NCBI GenBank assembly: GCA_965243855.1
Contig: CBDEWE010000003.1
Span: 4,750,909-4,814,908, forward strand
DNA: 64,000 nt
Reading direction: 5' to 3'
Source: an uncultured Candidatus Binatia bacterium
GTDB lineage: Bacteria > Desulfobacterota > Binatia > Bin18
Below are positions 27,388-36,959 of this stretch, one piece after another. Each line of letters begins with the position of its first letter. The stretch's first letter is position 1. The position numbers and the translations under genes were made by a program. Under the pieces are notes generated by a model. That model saw only the letters and a program-made list of their open reading frames with translations. It made no database searches and was not told where the DNA came from.

Positions 27388-27461
27388 CCCTTGCCCGGCA
27401 AGAGTCCGTTGTCTAGTATCAGACCGGCAGTTCTGTCGTCAAAACCGCAAAAGAGTGTCTG

Positions 27462-27782
27462 ATGTCTCCCGAAATCACCGTTCACGAACTCCAGGCCAAA
27501 CAAAACGCGGGTGCAGACTTTGTGCTGCTCGATGTCCGTGAAGCCGAAGAAGTGGCGCTGGTGCAGCTCCCGCACTCGGTCCATATTCCGATGGGCGATA
27601 TCCCCAGCCGTTTGCACGAACTCGACCCTGAGGCCGAGATTGTGGTCTACTGCCACCACGGGGTGCGGAGTCTGCGCGTAGTCCACTTCCTGCGCCAACA
27701 CGACTTCGCGCGGGCCGTCAATCTGGCGGGCGGGATAGACGCCTGGGCCAACGAGATCGACCCCCGTATGGCCCGATACTAA
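27462..27782 (+). CDS. rhodanese-domain sulfurtransferase
   Basis: 106 aa. Active-site loop VVYCHHGVRS (Cys followed by Arg). Confidence 0.8.
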   Translation: MSPEITVHELQAKQNAGADFVLLDVREAEEVALVQLPHSVHIPMGDIPSRLHELDPEAEIVVYCHHGVRSLRVVHFLRQHDFARAVNLAGGIDAWANEIDPRMARY

Positions 27783-27805
27783 ATCTGTAGTGAGATAGGA
27801 ACACG

Positions 27806-29041
27806 ATGAGCGAACATCCTTCCTCCATGCCTGATCCCCAGGCCCCAGGTCCCCTGCATGGTATTCGCGTGGTTGAATGTGGTCATATGGTCGCAGCTGC
27901 GTATGCGGGTAAGCTGATGGCTGACCTTGGCGCAGAGGTAATCAAAGTCGAAGAACCGGGCGGCGACCTCGCCCGGCAGCGCGGACCCTATCCAGGGAAT
28001 ACCCCCCATCCCGAAAAGAGCGGGCTGTTTCTGTATCTGAATACGAATAAGCGCGGGGTGACGCTGGACCTGGAGACGGCAAAAGGCCGAGAGTTGTTCC
28101 AGCGATTGGTCAAGGACGCGGATGTCGTGGTCCATAATTATCATCCCACCCAGATCGCCTCCCTTGGTTTGGAGTATGAGGCCCTGGCCCAGCACAATCC
28201 CAAGCTGGTCATGACCTCGATTTCACCCTTTGGGCAAACCGGCCCGCATCGGGAGTACACCGCGCACGACTTAACCATGTGGACTGCGGGTGGCATTGCC
28301 TTTCTGGGTGGAGCGGGCGGACGACCGGACCTGCCGCCCCTCAAGGCCGCCGGTCAACAGGCGGGATTCCAGGCTGGGGTCAACGCCGGTATCGCCTCGC
28401 TGGGGGCCCTGTACGCCCGACTCGGGACGGGCAGGGGCCAGCACATCGACATCTCGGTCCAAGAGTGTCTGGTCGCCATTATGGAGAATAACTATATTGC
28501 CTGGCCGTACGATCAGACGACGCCGTCGCGGCTGGGCTTTCGGTTGATTCCCCAGGACGTCCTGCCCTGCCGCGACGGCTATATTTATGTGCTCGCGGTT
28601 GAAGAGCATCAGTGGCAGAACGCGGTTGAGTTGATGGGCAATCCAGAATGGGCGGACACCGAGCTCTTCCAGGATTTTTTGGCTCGCTCGGTCAACTGGG
28701 ACGCCCTGAAAGCGTTGCTGGAAGACTGGTTGCAGGACAAGTCGGTCCAAGAGGTCTACCACGGAGCGCAGAAACGGCGCGTGCCTTTTGCGCCGGTTTC
28801 GACCATGGGCGACCTGCTCAAATCCGAACATCTCAACGCGCGGGGCTTTTTTGTCGAGATCGGACATCCCGAAGCCGGCTCTCTTCGCTATCCGGGGTCG
28901 CCGTTCAAATTTGCCGCCTCGCCGTGGACCCTGCGCAGTCCGGCCCCATGCCTGGGCCAGCACAATGAGGAGATCTATGGCGGGCAGCTCGGGATTGCGC
29001 CGGAAGAATTGCAGTCGTTGCAAGAAACGAAGGTGATTTGA
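27806..29041 (+). CDS. CoA-transferase family III (CaiB/BaiF-type)
   Basis: 411 aa. LHGIRVVECGHMVAAAYAGKLMADLGAEVIKVEEP. Confidence 0.85.
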   Translation: MSEHPSSMPDPQAPGPLHGIRVVECGHMVAAAYAGKLMADLGAEVIKVEEPGGDLARQRGPYPGNTPHPEKSGLFLYLNTNKRGVTLDLETAKGRELFQRLVKDADVVVHNYHPTQIASLGLEYEALAQHNPKLVMTSISPFGQTGPHREYTAHDLTMWTAGGIAFLGGAGGRPDLPPLKAAGQQAGFQAGVNAGIASLGALYARLGTGRGQHIDISVQECLVAIMENNYIAWPYDQTTPSRLGFRLIPQDVLPCRDGYIYVLAVEEHQWQNAVELMGNPEWADTELFQDFLARSVNWDALKALLEDWLQDKSVQEVYHGAQKRRVPFAPVSTMGDLLKSEHLNARGFFVEIGHPEAGSLRYPGSPFKFAASPWTLRSPAPCLGQHNEEIYGGQLGIAPEELQSLQETKVI

Positions 29042-29116
29042 TTTGGGGATTGGGGATTGGCAAGGAGACGTTCCCCGGATCTCTCACTAAGAAGCGTATG
29101 TACGAAGGTATGAAGA

Positions 29117-30337
29117 ATGATGTCTGAGCAATTACCGTTATCGGGCGTTCGTGTTGCCGATTTTACCTGGGTGTGGGCTGGGCCGTTCTGTACCTTGCAA
29201 CTGGCTCATCTGGGAGCCGAGGTCATTCGGATCGAGTCAGAGAGCCGCCTGTGTGTCACGCGGCGTATTCCGCCGGTTGCGGACGGGGAAGCCGGGCCGA
29301 ACCGCTGTGGGTATTTTAATCAGTACAACCAAGGCAAACACTCGATATGCCTCAATCTCAAAAAGCCGGAGGGCCTGGAGGTCGCAAAAAAGCTGGTTGC
29401 AGCCAGCGATATCGTTGCTGAGAATTTTGCCGCGGGTGTAATGGACCGGATGGGCCTGGGATACGAAACCCTCAAAACGATAAAGCCCGATATCATCATG
29501 ATTGCGCTCTCCGGCTATGGTGCGACCGGACCGGAAAGCCCGTATGTATCCTATGGTCCGGCCCAAGTGCCGATGAGCGGGCTGGCCTCCCTGACGGGCT
29601 TTCCCGACTCCCCCCCGATGAGCGTCGGGTTTTCTTATGGCGACCCGAACGGTGGGCTGCACGGCGCTTTTGCCGTGTTGGCCGCGATGATGCATCGCGC
29701 CCGGACTGGGGAGGGGCAGTATATTGACATGTCGCAGTGGGAGACCTCGGTGGCGCTCGTGGGCGAAGGGATCATGGCTCAGGAAATGAACGGCGCCGCA
29801 CCCCAGCGGATGGGCAACCGCGACCCGTATATGGCTCCGCACGGCCTGTTCCGCTGTCAGGGGGAAGACCGCTGGGTCAGTATTGTGGCGGCGAACGACG
29901 ACGAGTGGCAGCGGCTGTGTGCGGTTATGGAGAAGCCGGACCTGGCCAGTGATGCTCGATTTGCGACGCTGGCAGATCGGAAGGACAACGAAGATGCCCT
30001 CGAATCCGCTGTCACAGACTGGACTGCCACGCGGTCCGCGGAAGAGGTCACCCGCACGCTCCAGGCGGCGGGTTTGGCCGCCTTTCCGGCCGTGACCAAT
30101 AAGGAATTGGCCGAAGACGACCACCTGCGCTCCCGCCCCTTCTTTGCCGCGCTTGAGCACCCGGAGGTCGGTGTACGGCAACATGCCGGCATCCCGTGGC
30201 ACTTCTCGGATACTCCGTGTCAGGTCCGTCGGCCCGCGCCCTGTTTTGGCCAGGATACCGAGGATGTGTTACAGCGCGTATTGGGCTATTCGGCAGACGA
30301 AGTCGCCACCCTCAAGGATAACGGGGTCTTAAGCTGA
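29117..30337 (+). CDS. CoA-transferase family III (CaiB/BaiF-type), second tandem copy
   Basis: 406 aa. LSGVRVADFTWVWAGPFCTLQLAHLGAEVIRIE. Confidence 0.85.
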   Translation: MMSEQLPLSGVRVADFTWVWAGPFCTLQLAHLGAEVIRIESESRLCVTRRIPPVADGEAGPNRCGYFNQYNQGKHSICLNLKKPEGLEVAKKLVAASDIVAENFAAGVMDRMGLGYETLKTIKPDIIMIALSGYGATGPESPYVSYGPAQVPMSGLASLTGFPDSPPMSVGFSYGDPNGGLHGAFAVLAAMMHRARTGEGQYIDMSQWETSVALVGEGIMAQEMNGAAPQRMGNRDPYMAPHGLFRCQGEDRWVSIVAANDDEWQRLCAVMEKPDLASDARFATLADRKDNEDALESAVTDWTATRSAEEVTRTLQAAGLAAFPAVTNKELAEDDHLRSRPFFAALEHPEVGVRQHAGIPWHFSDTPCQVRRPAPCFGQDTEDVLQRVLGYSADEVATLKDNGVLS

Positions 30338-30368
30338 GGGCGGTTGGTCTCCTCTGAAAAATCACCTG

Positions 30369-30797
30369 ATGCGATTCCCTTTGCATTTTCCCTTTTTGCT
30401 GGTTGGGTTTCTTCTGGTGTCCGGCGGTGCGGCAGGCCCGGCCCACGCCCAGCATGGCGGTCTACCTATAGAACTGTATGGGATGATCAGCTTTGCGCCG
30501 GGCAGTCAGGTCGTGACGCTGGCCGTGGGAAAGGGAGAGACGGTACGGTTTCGGGTACAGGATATAGAGAGCCGCCATGCCGATTTCTCGGTGATCAATT
30601 TTCTGTCCGAAATTCGTTATCGTGAGCCGGGCCTGTATATCAAGGGTCCGGCGCATTATGTGGACCTGTTACGCAAGGAAGAGCCCGAAAAACGTCTGCT
30701 CAAACTCACCGGTCTGTACTATTCGAGCGCCCGCAATTTTGTGCTGAGCCGGGTCCGGCCGGTCCGGCCGGGCGAGCAGAACGAGCGACCCTTCTAA
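30369..30797 (+). CDS. secreted hypothetical protein
   Basis: 142 aa. Signal peptide MRFPLHFPFLLVGFLLVSGGAAGPAHA. No recognisable domain. Confidence 0.45.
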   Translation: MRFPLHFPFLLVGFLLVSGGAAGPAHAQHGGLPIELYGMISFAPGSQVVTLAVGKGETVRFRVQDIESRHADFSVINFLSEIRYREPGLYIKGPAHYVDLLRKEEPEKRLLKLTGLYYSSARNFVLSRVRPVRPGEQNERPF

Positions 30798-30859
30798 GTG
30801 CTGATATCGAAGCGCGGCGCCCCCTGTCTGCCAGGTCGCTGCTGAAGGAAGGTGGCAGG

Positions 30860-31597
30860 ATGAGCGAACAAAAGAAAGCAATCGTGGTCGGCGTCGGAGC
30901 CGAAGTCGGAGTTGGCGGGGCCGTCTGTCACCGTCTGGCGCGTGAGGGCCTGCACGTGTTTATTGCTGGGCGTACCCAGGCAAGGCTGGAGCAGCTCGTG
31001 TGGAGTATTCAGACCAACGGCGGAAGCGCGACCGGGGTGGTGACGGATACCACGCAGGAGCCTGATGTCCTCCGCTTGTTTGATAACGCGGAAAACCAGG
31101 GCGACGGTGTACTGGACTGCGTGGTGTATAACGCGGGCAATAATTTCCCCAAGCCGCTACTGGAGACCGAAGCCGAGTTCTTTGAGATGGTCTGGCGGGT
31201 GGGCTGCCTGGGCGGCTTTCTGGTCGGTCGGGAAGCTGGTCGGCGCATGATCCCCCGCGGACGGGGAACTATTATTTTTACCGGTGCGACCGCCTCGATT
31301 AAGGGCCGCCCGCCGTTCGGTTCGTTTGCCTCGGCCAAAGCGGCCCTGCGTTCTCTGTCGCAAACCATGGCACGCGACTGGGGACCGCAGGGGATACACG
31401 TGGCGCATGTGATTATCGATGGCGGTATTAACGGTGCCCTGCTGAACACTCGCCGCCCACAGCTCAAAGAGCAGCGCGGGGAAGACGGTCTGTTGGATGT
31501 TGACGCCATTGCCGATACCTATTGGCATCTCTATACCCAGGATAAAACCGCCTGGGCTCAGGAAATCGACCTGCGACCGTATAAAGAAACGTTTTAA
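30860..31597 (+). CDS. short-chain dehydrogenase/reductase (SDR)
   Basis: 245 aa. N-terminal nucleotide-binding region VVGVGAEVGVGGAV, and a SAK triad (S..K pair). Confidence 0.8.
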   Translation: MSEQKKAIVVGVGAEVGVGGAVCHRLAREGLHVFIAGRTQARLEQLVWSIQTNGGSATGVVTDTTQEPDVLRLFDNAENQGDGVLDCVVYNAGNNFPKPLLETEAEFFEMVWRVGCLGGFLVGREAGRRMIPRGRGTIIFTGATASIKGRPPFGSFASAKAALRSLSQTMARDWGPQGIHVAHVIIDGGINGALLNTRRPQLKEQRGEDGLLDVDAIADTYWHLYTQDKTAWAQEIDLRPYKETF

Positions 31598-31632
31598 GTG
31601 TGGGTCGGTCGGGACCGAAAGAAGGGGAACGT

Positions 31633-32670
31633 ATGAATTTTGGGTTATTGCTGCCATTTCGGAATCCGAAACAATGGGAAGTGCCGTTTCCGCAACTCTA
31701 CCAGGAGCATATCGAGCAGGCGGTCCTGGCCGAGGAGTTGGGCTACGATCATATCTGGACGACCGAGCATCATTTTGCGGACGACGCCTGGTCGCCCTCC
31801 CTGCTGCCGATCCTGTCCGCCATGGCTATGAAAACCAGCCGCATTCGGCTCGGGACCTATATTATCGTCCTGCCCCTGCATAACCCGGTTCGGGTTGCGG
31901 AAGATGCCGCAACTGTTGACATCCTCTCCAAGGGTCGGCTTGATCTGGGTCTCGGCCAGGGCTACTGGCTGAGCGAATTCGCCAGCTTCGGTATTCCGCG
32001 CAAAGAGCGTGCGGCACGGCTCGAAGAAGGAACCGAGATTATCCGGCGCTGCTTTACCGAGGACAGCTTCTCTTTTGAGGGTAAGCACTACAATCTGCGC
32101 GAAGTGATCCTGGCTCCCAAGCCCGTCCAAAAACCCCACCCGCCAATCTGGATCGCGGCGATGGCGGAGAAATCGGTCGCCCGGGCCGCGAGACTAGGCT
32201 ATCACCTGGGGGGTAGCGGCGGAGTGGACTTGCAGCAAATGTACGATGCCGGACTCCAGCAATACGGCCGTAATACGGACGATTATCATATTGCCCAACT
32301 GCGGGCGGTCTATGTGGCCGAGAGCCGAGAGCAGGCCTGGGACGATGTGGAACCGCATCTGTACTATATGATGAGTTCCTATGACCGGCGTTTTAAGGAG
32401 GCTGACGACCTGCCCTGGAGCGACTCGGTCATGTCCACCCCTACGGTGCCACCGGTAGGTGAGCTGCGCCACGTCAAGGACCTGTCCTTTTTCCAAGCGC
32501 CGCTCATCGTCGGGACTCCGGACGATGCCATTCAGGAGATCAAGCGCTACAGCGCGGAAACACGCGTCACCCATCTGGTGATGTGGATGCAGATGGCGGG
32601 GCTTGATCCGAAAAAATCACAGCGCTCAATGGAGCTATTTGCCAAAGAAGTCATGCCGCATTGTCGGTAG
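31633..32670 (+). CDS. LLM-class flavin/F420-dependent oxidoreductase
   Basis: Starts MNFGLLLPF at 31633. LGYDHIWTTEHHF, GRLDLGLGQGY. Confidence 0.8.
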   Translation: MNFGLLLPFRNPKQWEVPFPQLYQEHIEQAVLAEELGYDHIWTTEHHFADDAWSPSLLPILSAMAMKTSRIRLGTYIIVLPLHNPVRVAEDAATVDILSKGRLDLGLGQGYWLSEFASFGIPRKERAARLEEGTEIIRRCFTEDSFSFEGKHYNLREVILAPKPVQKPHPPIWIAAMAEKSVARAARLGYHLGGSGGVDLQQMYDAGLQQYGRNTDDYHIAQLRAVYVAESREQAWDDVEPHLYYMMSSYDRRFKEADDLPWSDSVMSTPTVPPVGELRHVKDLSFFQAPLIVGTPDDAIQEIKRYSAETRVTHLVMWMQMAGLDPKKSQRSMELFAKEVMPHCR

Positions 32671-32684
32671 GAGGGGTCCGTCTT

Positions 32685-33833
32685 ATGCCGTCCATCGCAC
32701 GTGTCGCCGGTATATGTGATCCGGCATTCAAGGCCGTCCGCGAGGCGCTTGAGCAAAACCTGGCCGATGGCAAGGAAATTGGCGAGTGTGTGGCCGTTGT
32801 TGTGAATGGGAAGACGGTTGTTGATCTGTGGGGTGGGTATAAGGATCGAGCACGGACGCAGCCCTGGGAGCGGGATACCCTCGTGTGCATGTTCTCGGTC
32901 GGAAAGCCGCTCTCCATCCTACCGGTGTTGATCCTCGCCGATCAGGGCCGAATTGACTTGGACCAGCCCGTCTCCCGTTATTGGCCAGAGTTTAGCCAAG
33001 CCGGTAAAGAGCACGTTACTGTCAACCACGTGCTTTCTCATCAGGCAGCTATTCCCGGAGCGTTCAAGGCCCGCAAAGGCGATGCCTACCATTGGGGAAA
33101 CATGGTCCGGGCTATCGAGGAACAGGAACCGTTATGGGAGCCTGGCACGAACGGCTGCTACCATACGGTTACCCTGGGCTATCTGACTGGCGAGTTGGTG
33201 CGGCGCGTCACCGGAAGGACCATCGGCCAGTTCTGGCGTGAAGAAATAGGCCTGCCGCTCGACATCGACTACCATTTTGGCCTGTCTGCGACGGATCAGC
33301 AGCGTTGTGCGGAAATCTACGAAGCCCCTCACGGACCGTTCATGGATGCGATCCGGGATACGAATACCCTCCTTGGTAAATGCTGGGTTCCATTGCCGTT
33401 ACAGGACCACGAAGAGGATTTTAACAGCGAGTTATATCGGGCTACGGAGATGCCGTCTTTTAACGGCCAGGGTATCGCCCGTGGTGTGGCCCGGTTATTT
33501 TGCATCCTGGCCTGTGGCGGCGAACTTGAGGGGTCGCGTCTGCTCAGCCAGGCTCTGGTTGAGCATGCCATGACCGAGGCGTGGTATCAGACCGATGCGC
33601 TTGGGCTAACGTGTCGAATGTCCAACGGTGGATTTATGCTGCGTAACCCCGAGTTGACCTCGTATAATCACAATCCCAGATCGTTCGGGCATCTGGGTCT
33701 GGGTGGTGCTATCGCCTTTGGCGACCCGGACGCCAAACTGGGCTTTAGCTTTTGTGGTAATCGCATGGCGCCAATAGGCGACCTCGGGCCGTATGCGAGC
33801 CGGTTGCTACAGGCGACAGCAGCCTCACTGTGA
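32685..33833 (+). CDS. beta-lactamase-family serine hydrolase (class C/esterase EstB-like)
   Basis: SxxK catalytic motif (SVGK). The ATG at 32685 is preceded by GGAGGGG. About 383 aa. Confidence 0.75.
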   Translation: MPSIARVAGICDPAFKAVREALEQNLADGKEIGECVAVVVNGKTVVDLWGGYKDRARTQPWERDTLVCMFSVGKPLSILPVLILADQGRIDLDQPVSRYWPEFSQAGKEHVTVNHVLSHQAAIPGAFKARKGDAYHWGNMVRAIEEQEPLWEPGTNGCYHTVTLGYLTGELVRRVTGRTIGQFWREEIGLPLDIDYHFGLSATDQQRCAEIYEAPHGPFMDAIRDTNTLLGKCWVPLPLQDHEEDFNSELYRATEMPSFNGQGIARGVARLFCILACGGELEGSRLLSQALVEHAMTEAWYQTDALGLTCRMSNGGFMLRNPELTSYNHNPRSFGHLGLGGAIAFGDPDAKLGFSFCGNRMAPIGDLGPYASRLLQATAASL

Positions 33834-33898
33834 GGCTGCTGTCAGAGAGGAGCGAGAGCCCGGATAGGGATCAGCTCCGGCCATTCTTTTTCGGTCGT

Positions 33899-35299
33899 CT
33901 ATAATTTCGGGTGCTGCCGGTGCCACTCGGTGGCCTGCTCATACGCATAGCCAACCTGACAGATGGTCTGCTCGTCAAACGGCTTGCCGGCAATCTGGAG
34001 ACCAACGGGTAAACCGTCCGGGTCAAAGCCGCACGGCACCTGAAGGGCCGGCAGCCCGGTGAAATTGAAAATCGGGGTATAGACGCTGAAGTCCGTAGAA
34101 ACGATGCTCAGGCCGGGCGAGTCTTCGGCAATCCGGTTGACCTGAAAGCCGGCGGTGGGCAGCATCAGGACATCAACGCTGGTGTTGAGGGCGTTGAGGA
34201 GGTCGTCTCGCACCTGGGCACGGACCTGGGCGCCCATCAGGTATTGGGCCCCGCTGACCAGGAGACCGTAGGCCACAAAGAGTTTGGCGTGGGGATTATA
34301 CCTCTCTCCGCAGTTGCGCACATTGTCCACGTGGATGGCGGCGCACTCGGAAAATAATCCCGGCCACTCAATAGCCTGGAGCTGGGCCAACGTAATGGAA
34401 GGGACATCAACGATTTCCGCTCCGAGGCTTGCGAGCTGCTTGACTGCCTGGTTATAAGGTCCGAGCAGCTTGGGGTCACAGTTATCCTCATAAATGGAAC
34501 GCAGCAGCCCGATCCGCATGCCTGTAATGTCCTGACCGAGCTTCTGGGTAAAGTCCGGCACGGGTACATTTGCCGAGGCCGGGTCCAGAGGATCATAGCC
34601 GGCACAGCCTTGTAGCATGAGGGCTGCGTCGGTCACGGTTCGGGCGAGCGGACCGGTATGGTCGAGGCTCCACGAGAGCGGATACACGCCCGCTCGACTG
34701 ACGCGCCCGTAGGTTGCTTTGAGTCCGACAATGCCGCAGCACTGAGCTGGCCAGCGGATGGAGCCGCCCGTACACGATCCCATGCCGGCATAGGCCATGC
34801 CAGCGGCGGTAGACGCCGCGGTGCCGCTGCTCGACCCGCCGGCGTCGTGGGCCAGGTTCCAGGGATTATGGGTAGGCTGGTAATAGGACTGTTTGGTGGG
34901 AAAACCATAGGCAAACTCATAGGTCGCGGTCTTACCCAGGACCAGCGCGCCGGCTTCCTTGAGTTTGGCCACCGAGGTGCAGTCCTTCTCGGCCACATAA
35001 TGCTCCAGCGATTGGGAGCCGCAGGTGGTTGGCCCGCATTCATAGATGTCTTTGATGCCGATTGGGACGCCGTGCAGGGGGCTGCGATAGGTCCCGCGCT
35101 GAATCTCGGCCTCAGCCGCGTGGGCCGCTTCCATCACTTCGTCTCTGAAAACCGTGTTAAAGGCATGGAGCTGAGGTTCGAGTTGCTCCACTCGATCCAG
35201 CATGGCCTGGGTGACCTCGACCGGAGAGATATCTTTCCGCTGAATGTTCCCGGCCAATTCCTCAATCGACATATAGGCGAGTTCTCGGGCAGCCGTCAT
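33899..35299 (-). CDS. amidase-signature (AS) family amidase
   Basis: 466 aa. GGSSSGTAASTAAG / GSCTGGSIRWPA amidase-signature region with the Ser-cisSer-Lys triad. Confidence 0.85.
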   Translation of the reverse strand: MTAARELAYMSIEELAGNIQRKDISPVEVTQAMLDRVEQLEPQLHAFNTVFRDEVMEAAHAAEAEIQRGTYRSPLHGVPIGIKDIYECGPTTCGSQSLEHYVAEKDCTSVAKLKEAGALVLGKTATYEFAYGFPTKQSYYQPTHNPWNLAHDAGGSSSGTAASTAAGMAYAGMGSCTGGSIRWPAQCCGIVGLKATYGRVSRAGVYPLSWSLDHTGPLARTVTDAALMLQGCAGYDPLDPASANVPVPDFTQKLGQDITGMRIGLLRSIYEDNCDPKLLGPYNQAVKQLASLGAEIVDVPSITLAQLQAIEWPGLFSECAAIHVDNVRNCGERYNPHAKLFVAYGLLVSGAQYLMGAQVRAQVRDDLLNALNTSVDVLMLPTAGFQVNRIAEDSPGLSIVSTDFSVYTPIFNFTGLPALQVPCGFDPDGLPVGLQIAGKPFDEQTICQVGYAYEQATEWHRQHPKL

Positions 35300-35517
35300 G
35301 ATGCTCCCCCTTTCTTATCGAGCGCATGTACCAGCACGGGCTCGCTCTCCGGCATGCTCATCCCCTCAACCAGTTGGCGGGACTGCCGCATGTCTTCCAC
35401 GACCCGCTGCCAGCGCAGGAGGTTTTCATACGGGACCAGCAACTTATCGAGTTCGGCATCAGTGAGCTCGAGATCCCACTCGGCGAGTTTCGCTGCAATG
35501 AGGGCTTTTGTGTCCAT
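35296..35517 (-). CDS. small amidase-associated GatC/AtzG-like subunit (predicted)
   Basis: 73 aa, helical, overlaps the amidase start by 4 nt. The size and pairing mirror GatC-like small partners of AS amidases (AtzE/AtzG-type). Confidence 0.45.
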   Translation of the reverse strand: MDTKALIAAKLAEWDLELTDAELDKLLVPYENLLRWQRVVEDMRQSRQLVEGMSMPESEPVLVHALDKKGGAS

Positions 35518-35526
35518 ACTCTTCTC

Positions 35527-35811
35527 CTACTTCAGTTCCGTTTCCACAAAGACGAACTCGTAGTCATTGGCGTTAATCACATCGTGTTCGACCCCGACAT
35601 TCCGAAAATAGGGGACACCCTGGATCAACTCGGCTTCGTGATCGCCGTCCGGGGCTTTCAGCAATAACTTGCCCGTTGTCATGGGGACGACAACATAGTC
35701 GTACTCGTGCCGATGGTAGCCGGTGGCCGCACGGGGGGCGAAACGCCACTCCGTCACACGCACGCGCTCATTCTCGATGAGGACTGTTGAGCGGGCTTGC
35801 TCTTGCGACAT
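35527..35811 (-). CDS. cupin-domain protein
   Basis: 94 aa from MSQEQ. H-R-H-E...H metal-binding pattern (GYHRHEYDY...VEHDV). Confidence 0.65.
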   Translation of the reverse strand: MSQEQARSTVLIENERVRVTEWRFAPRAATGYHRHEYDYVVVPMTTGKLLLKAPDGDHEAELIQGVPYFRNVGVEHDVINANDYEFVFVETELK

Positions 35812-35963
35812 ACAACTCTCCTTCCCTGTTGCTGTGGAAAGAGCGTAGCGCAAGAATTTTGAGATGCAACTCTTTTCGTTGTGACAGGATGAGCGGCGAA
35901 AAAGGCGGCCCGACGGTAGGGTCGTGAGTCCAGCCGGACTGGATTACAGATTTTGGCCGGGAG

Positions 35964-36677
35964 CTAGGAGCGCTCAGCAGCTACCCACTCACGCTGCATC
36001 CGGTCCGAGTGGAGGCCCATGCGTGGCTTTCGCTCGGGAATAATCTGATAACAGGTGGACTGAGCGGTCCCGAGCCCATAGAGAGTCTCATAACCGGCTG
36101 ACTGCTGCCACCGCTGGCAATCCGTGGTGCTGCCCCAGGAGCTGAGCAGGACATAATGCACGGGAGCCTGTCGCGGAACGATGCCGGCGATCTGGGTAAA
36201 GATATAGGGGGTATGGATACGTTCTTTCTTGAGCGCCTCATAGGGCAGGATACTGAAGCTCGCAATGTCCGAGAGTCCATCGGTGACCTGACCGGACTCT
36301 GCGTCTGAAAGCGGCGTATCCCGAAGCAACATGGTTTCGTTCAAGATGATGCCAGTCGCCGCTTCGCCATCGGCCAGTATCCGGCCCTTGCGGATGTAAT
36401 AGGCGGTCCACCATTTTTCTCGGGCTTCATCCTGAACCTTCACATGTTCGCGGTCGCGCTGCCAGTCTTCCATAGATTCAAGCGTGTCAAACTTGGCAAA
36501 GAAGAGCCACCAGGAAGTTCCCGCGATCGGCCCGCCATAGGTTTCCCGAAAGCCCTCCTGAGCCACGGCATGGGGCATGAACTGTTCATGGCGTTTGATG
36601 TAGGCGTCCAGGAGTTCCGGGCGTGGACGAAAGCCGCCCTCGGCAATGTGCAGGGTAGAGGAAAAATCTTCAGCCAT
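35964..36677 (-). CDS. hypothetical protein (237 aa)
   Basis: Long ORF with plausible amino-acid composition. No recognisable motif, though it may be a tandem Dabb/ABM-like fold. Confidence 0.45.
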   Translation of the reverse strand: MAEDFSSTLHIAEGGFRPRPELLDAYIKRHEQFMPHAVAQEGFRETYGGPIAGTSWWLFFAKFDTLESMEDWQRDREHVKVQDEAREKWWTAYYIRKGRILADGEAATGIILNETMLLRDTPLSDAESGQVTDGLSDIASFSILPYEALKKERIHTPYIFTQIAGIVPRQAPVHYVLLSSWGSTTDCQRWQQSAGYETLYGLGTAQSTCYQIIPERKPRMGLHSDRMQREWVAAERS

Positions 36678-36699
36678 GGCACCCTCCCTTTTTCAGCAC

Positions 36700-36950
36700 C
36701 GGAAGTGCTGAGGTGAGTCTACTCAGCCACGATTTGATAGGCAAGCTTGCGAGTGGGAATATCTCATCCCCTCTTGGGAGGGGTGCCGCAACGCGGCGGG
36801 GTGGGTTTCCGCCGGTTGAGTAGGCTGCGTCAGGGCGGGAGGGCCAGGCCGGAGGAACCCACCCCGGCCCTTCGGGCCACCCCTCCAAGGAGGGGAGTGG
36901 GTATAGAAGGCTTTTGTCCCGCTCAGCAAAGTGCTATGGCGGCAGGGGAG
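36700..36950 (+). promoter_or_regulatory. GC-rich multi-hairpin leader/intergenic element upstream of the amidohydrolase gene
   Basis: Hairpins: cccctc-ttgg-gagggg, gccgc-aac-gcggc, long-range ggggtgggtt...aacccacccc, ggccc-ttc-gggcc, cccctcc-aa-ggagggg. SD GGAGGAGG immediately before the ATG near 36960. Confidence 0.35.
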
Positions 36951-36959
36951 GAGGACGCC

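Noticed and set aside
29042-29060. ggggattggggattgg short tandem repeat
   Set aside because: Only two 7-bp units in an intergenic spacer. No CRISPR-like periodicity or flanking repeats.
36747-36959. 71-codon N-terminal extension of the amidohydrolase ORF (TTG start)
   Set aside because: The sequence is a run of GC-rich hairpins with a Gly/Arg/Pro-rich translation. A strong SD immediately precedes the internal ATG (MSTSKS).
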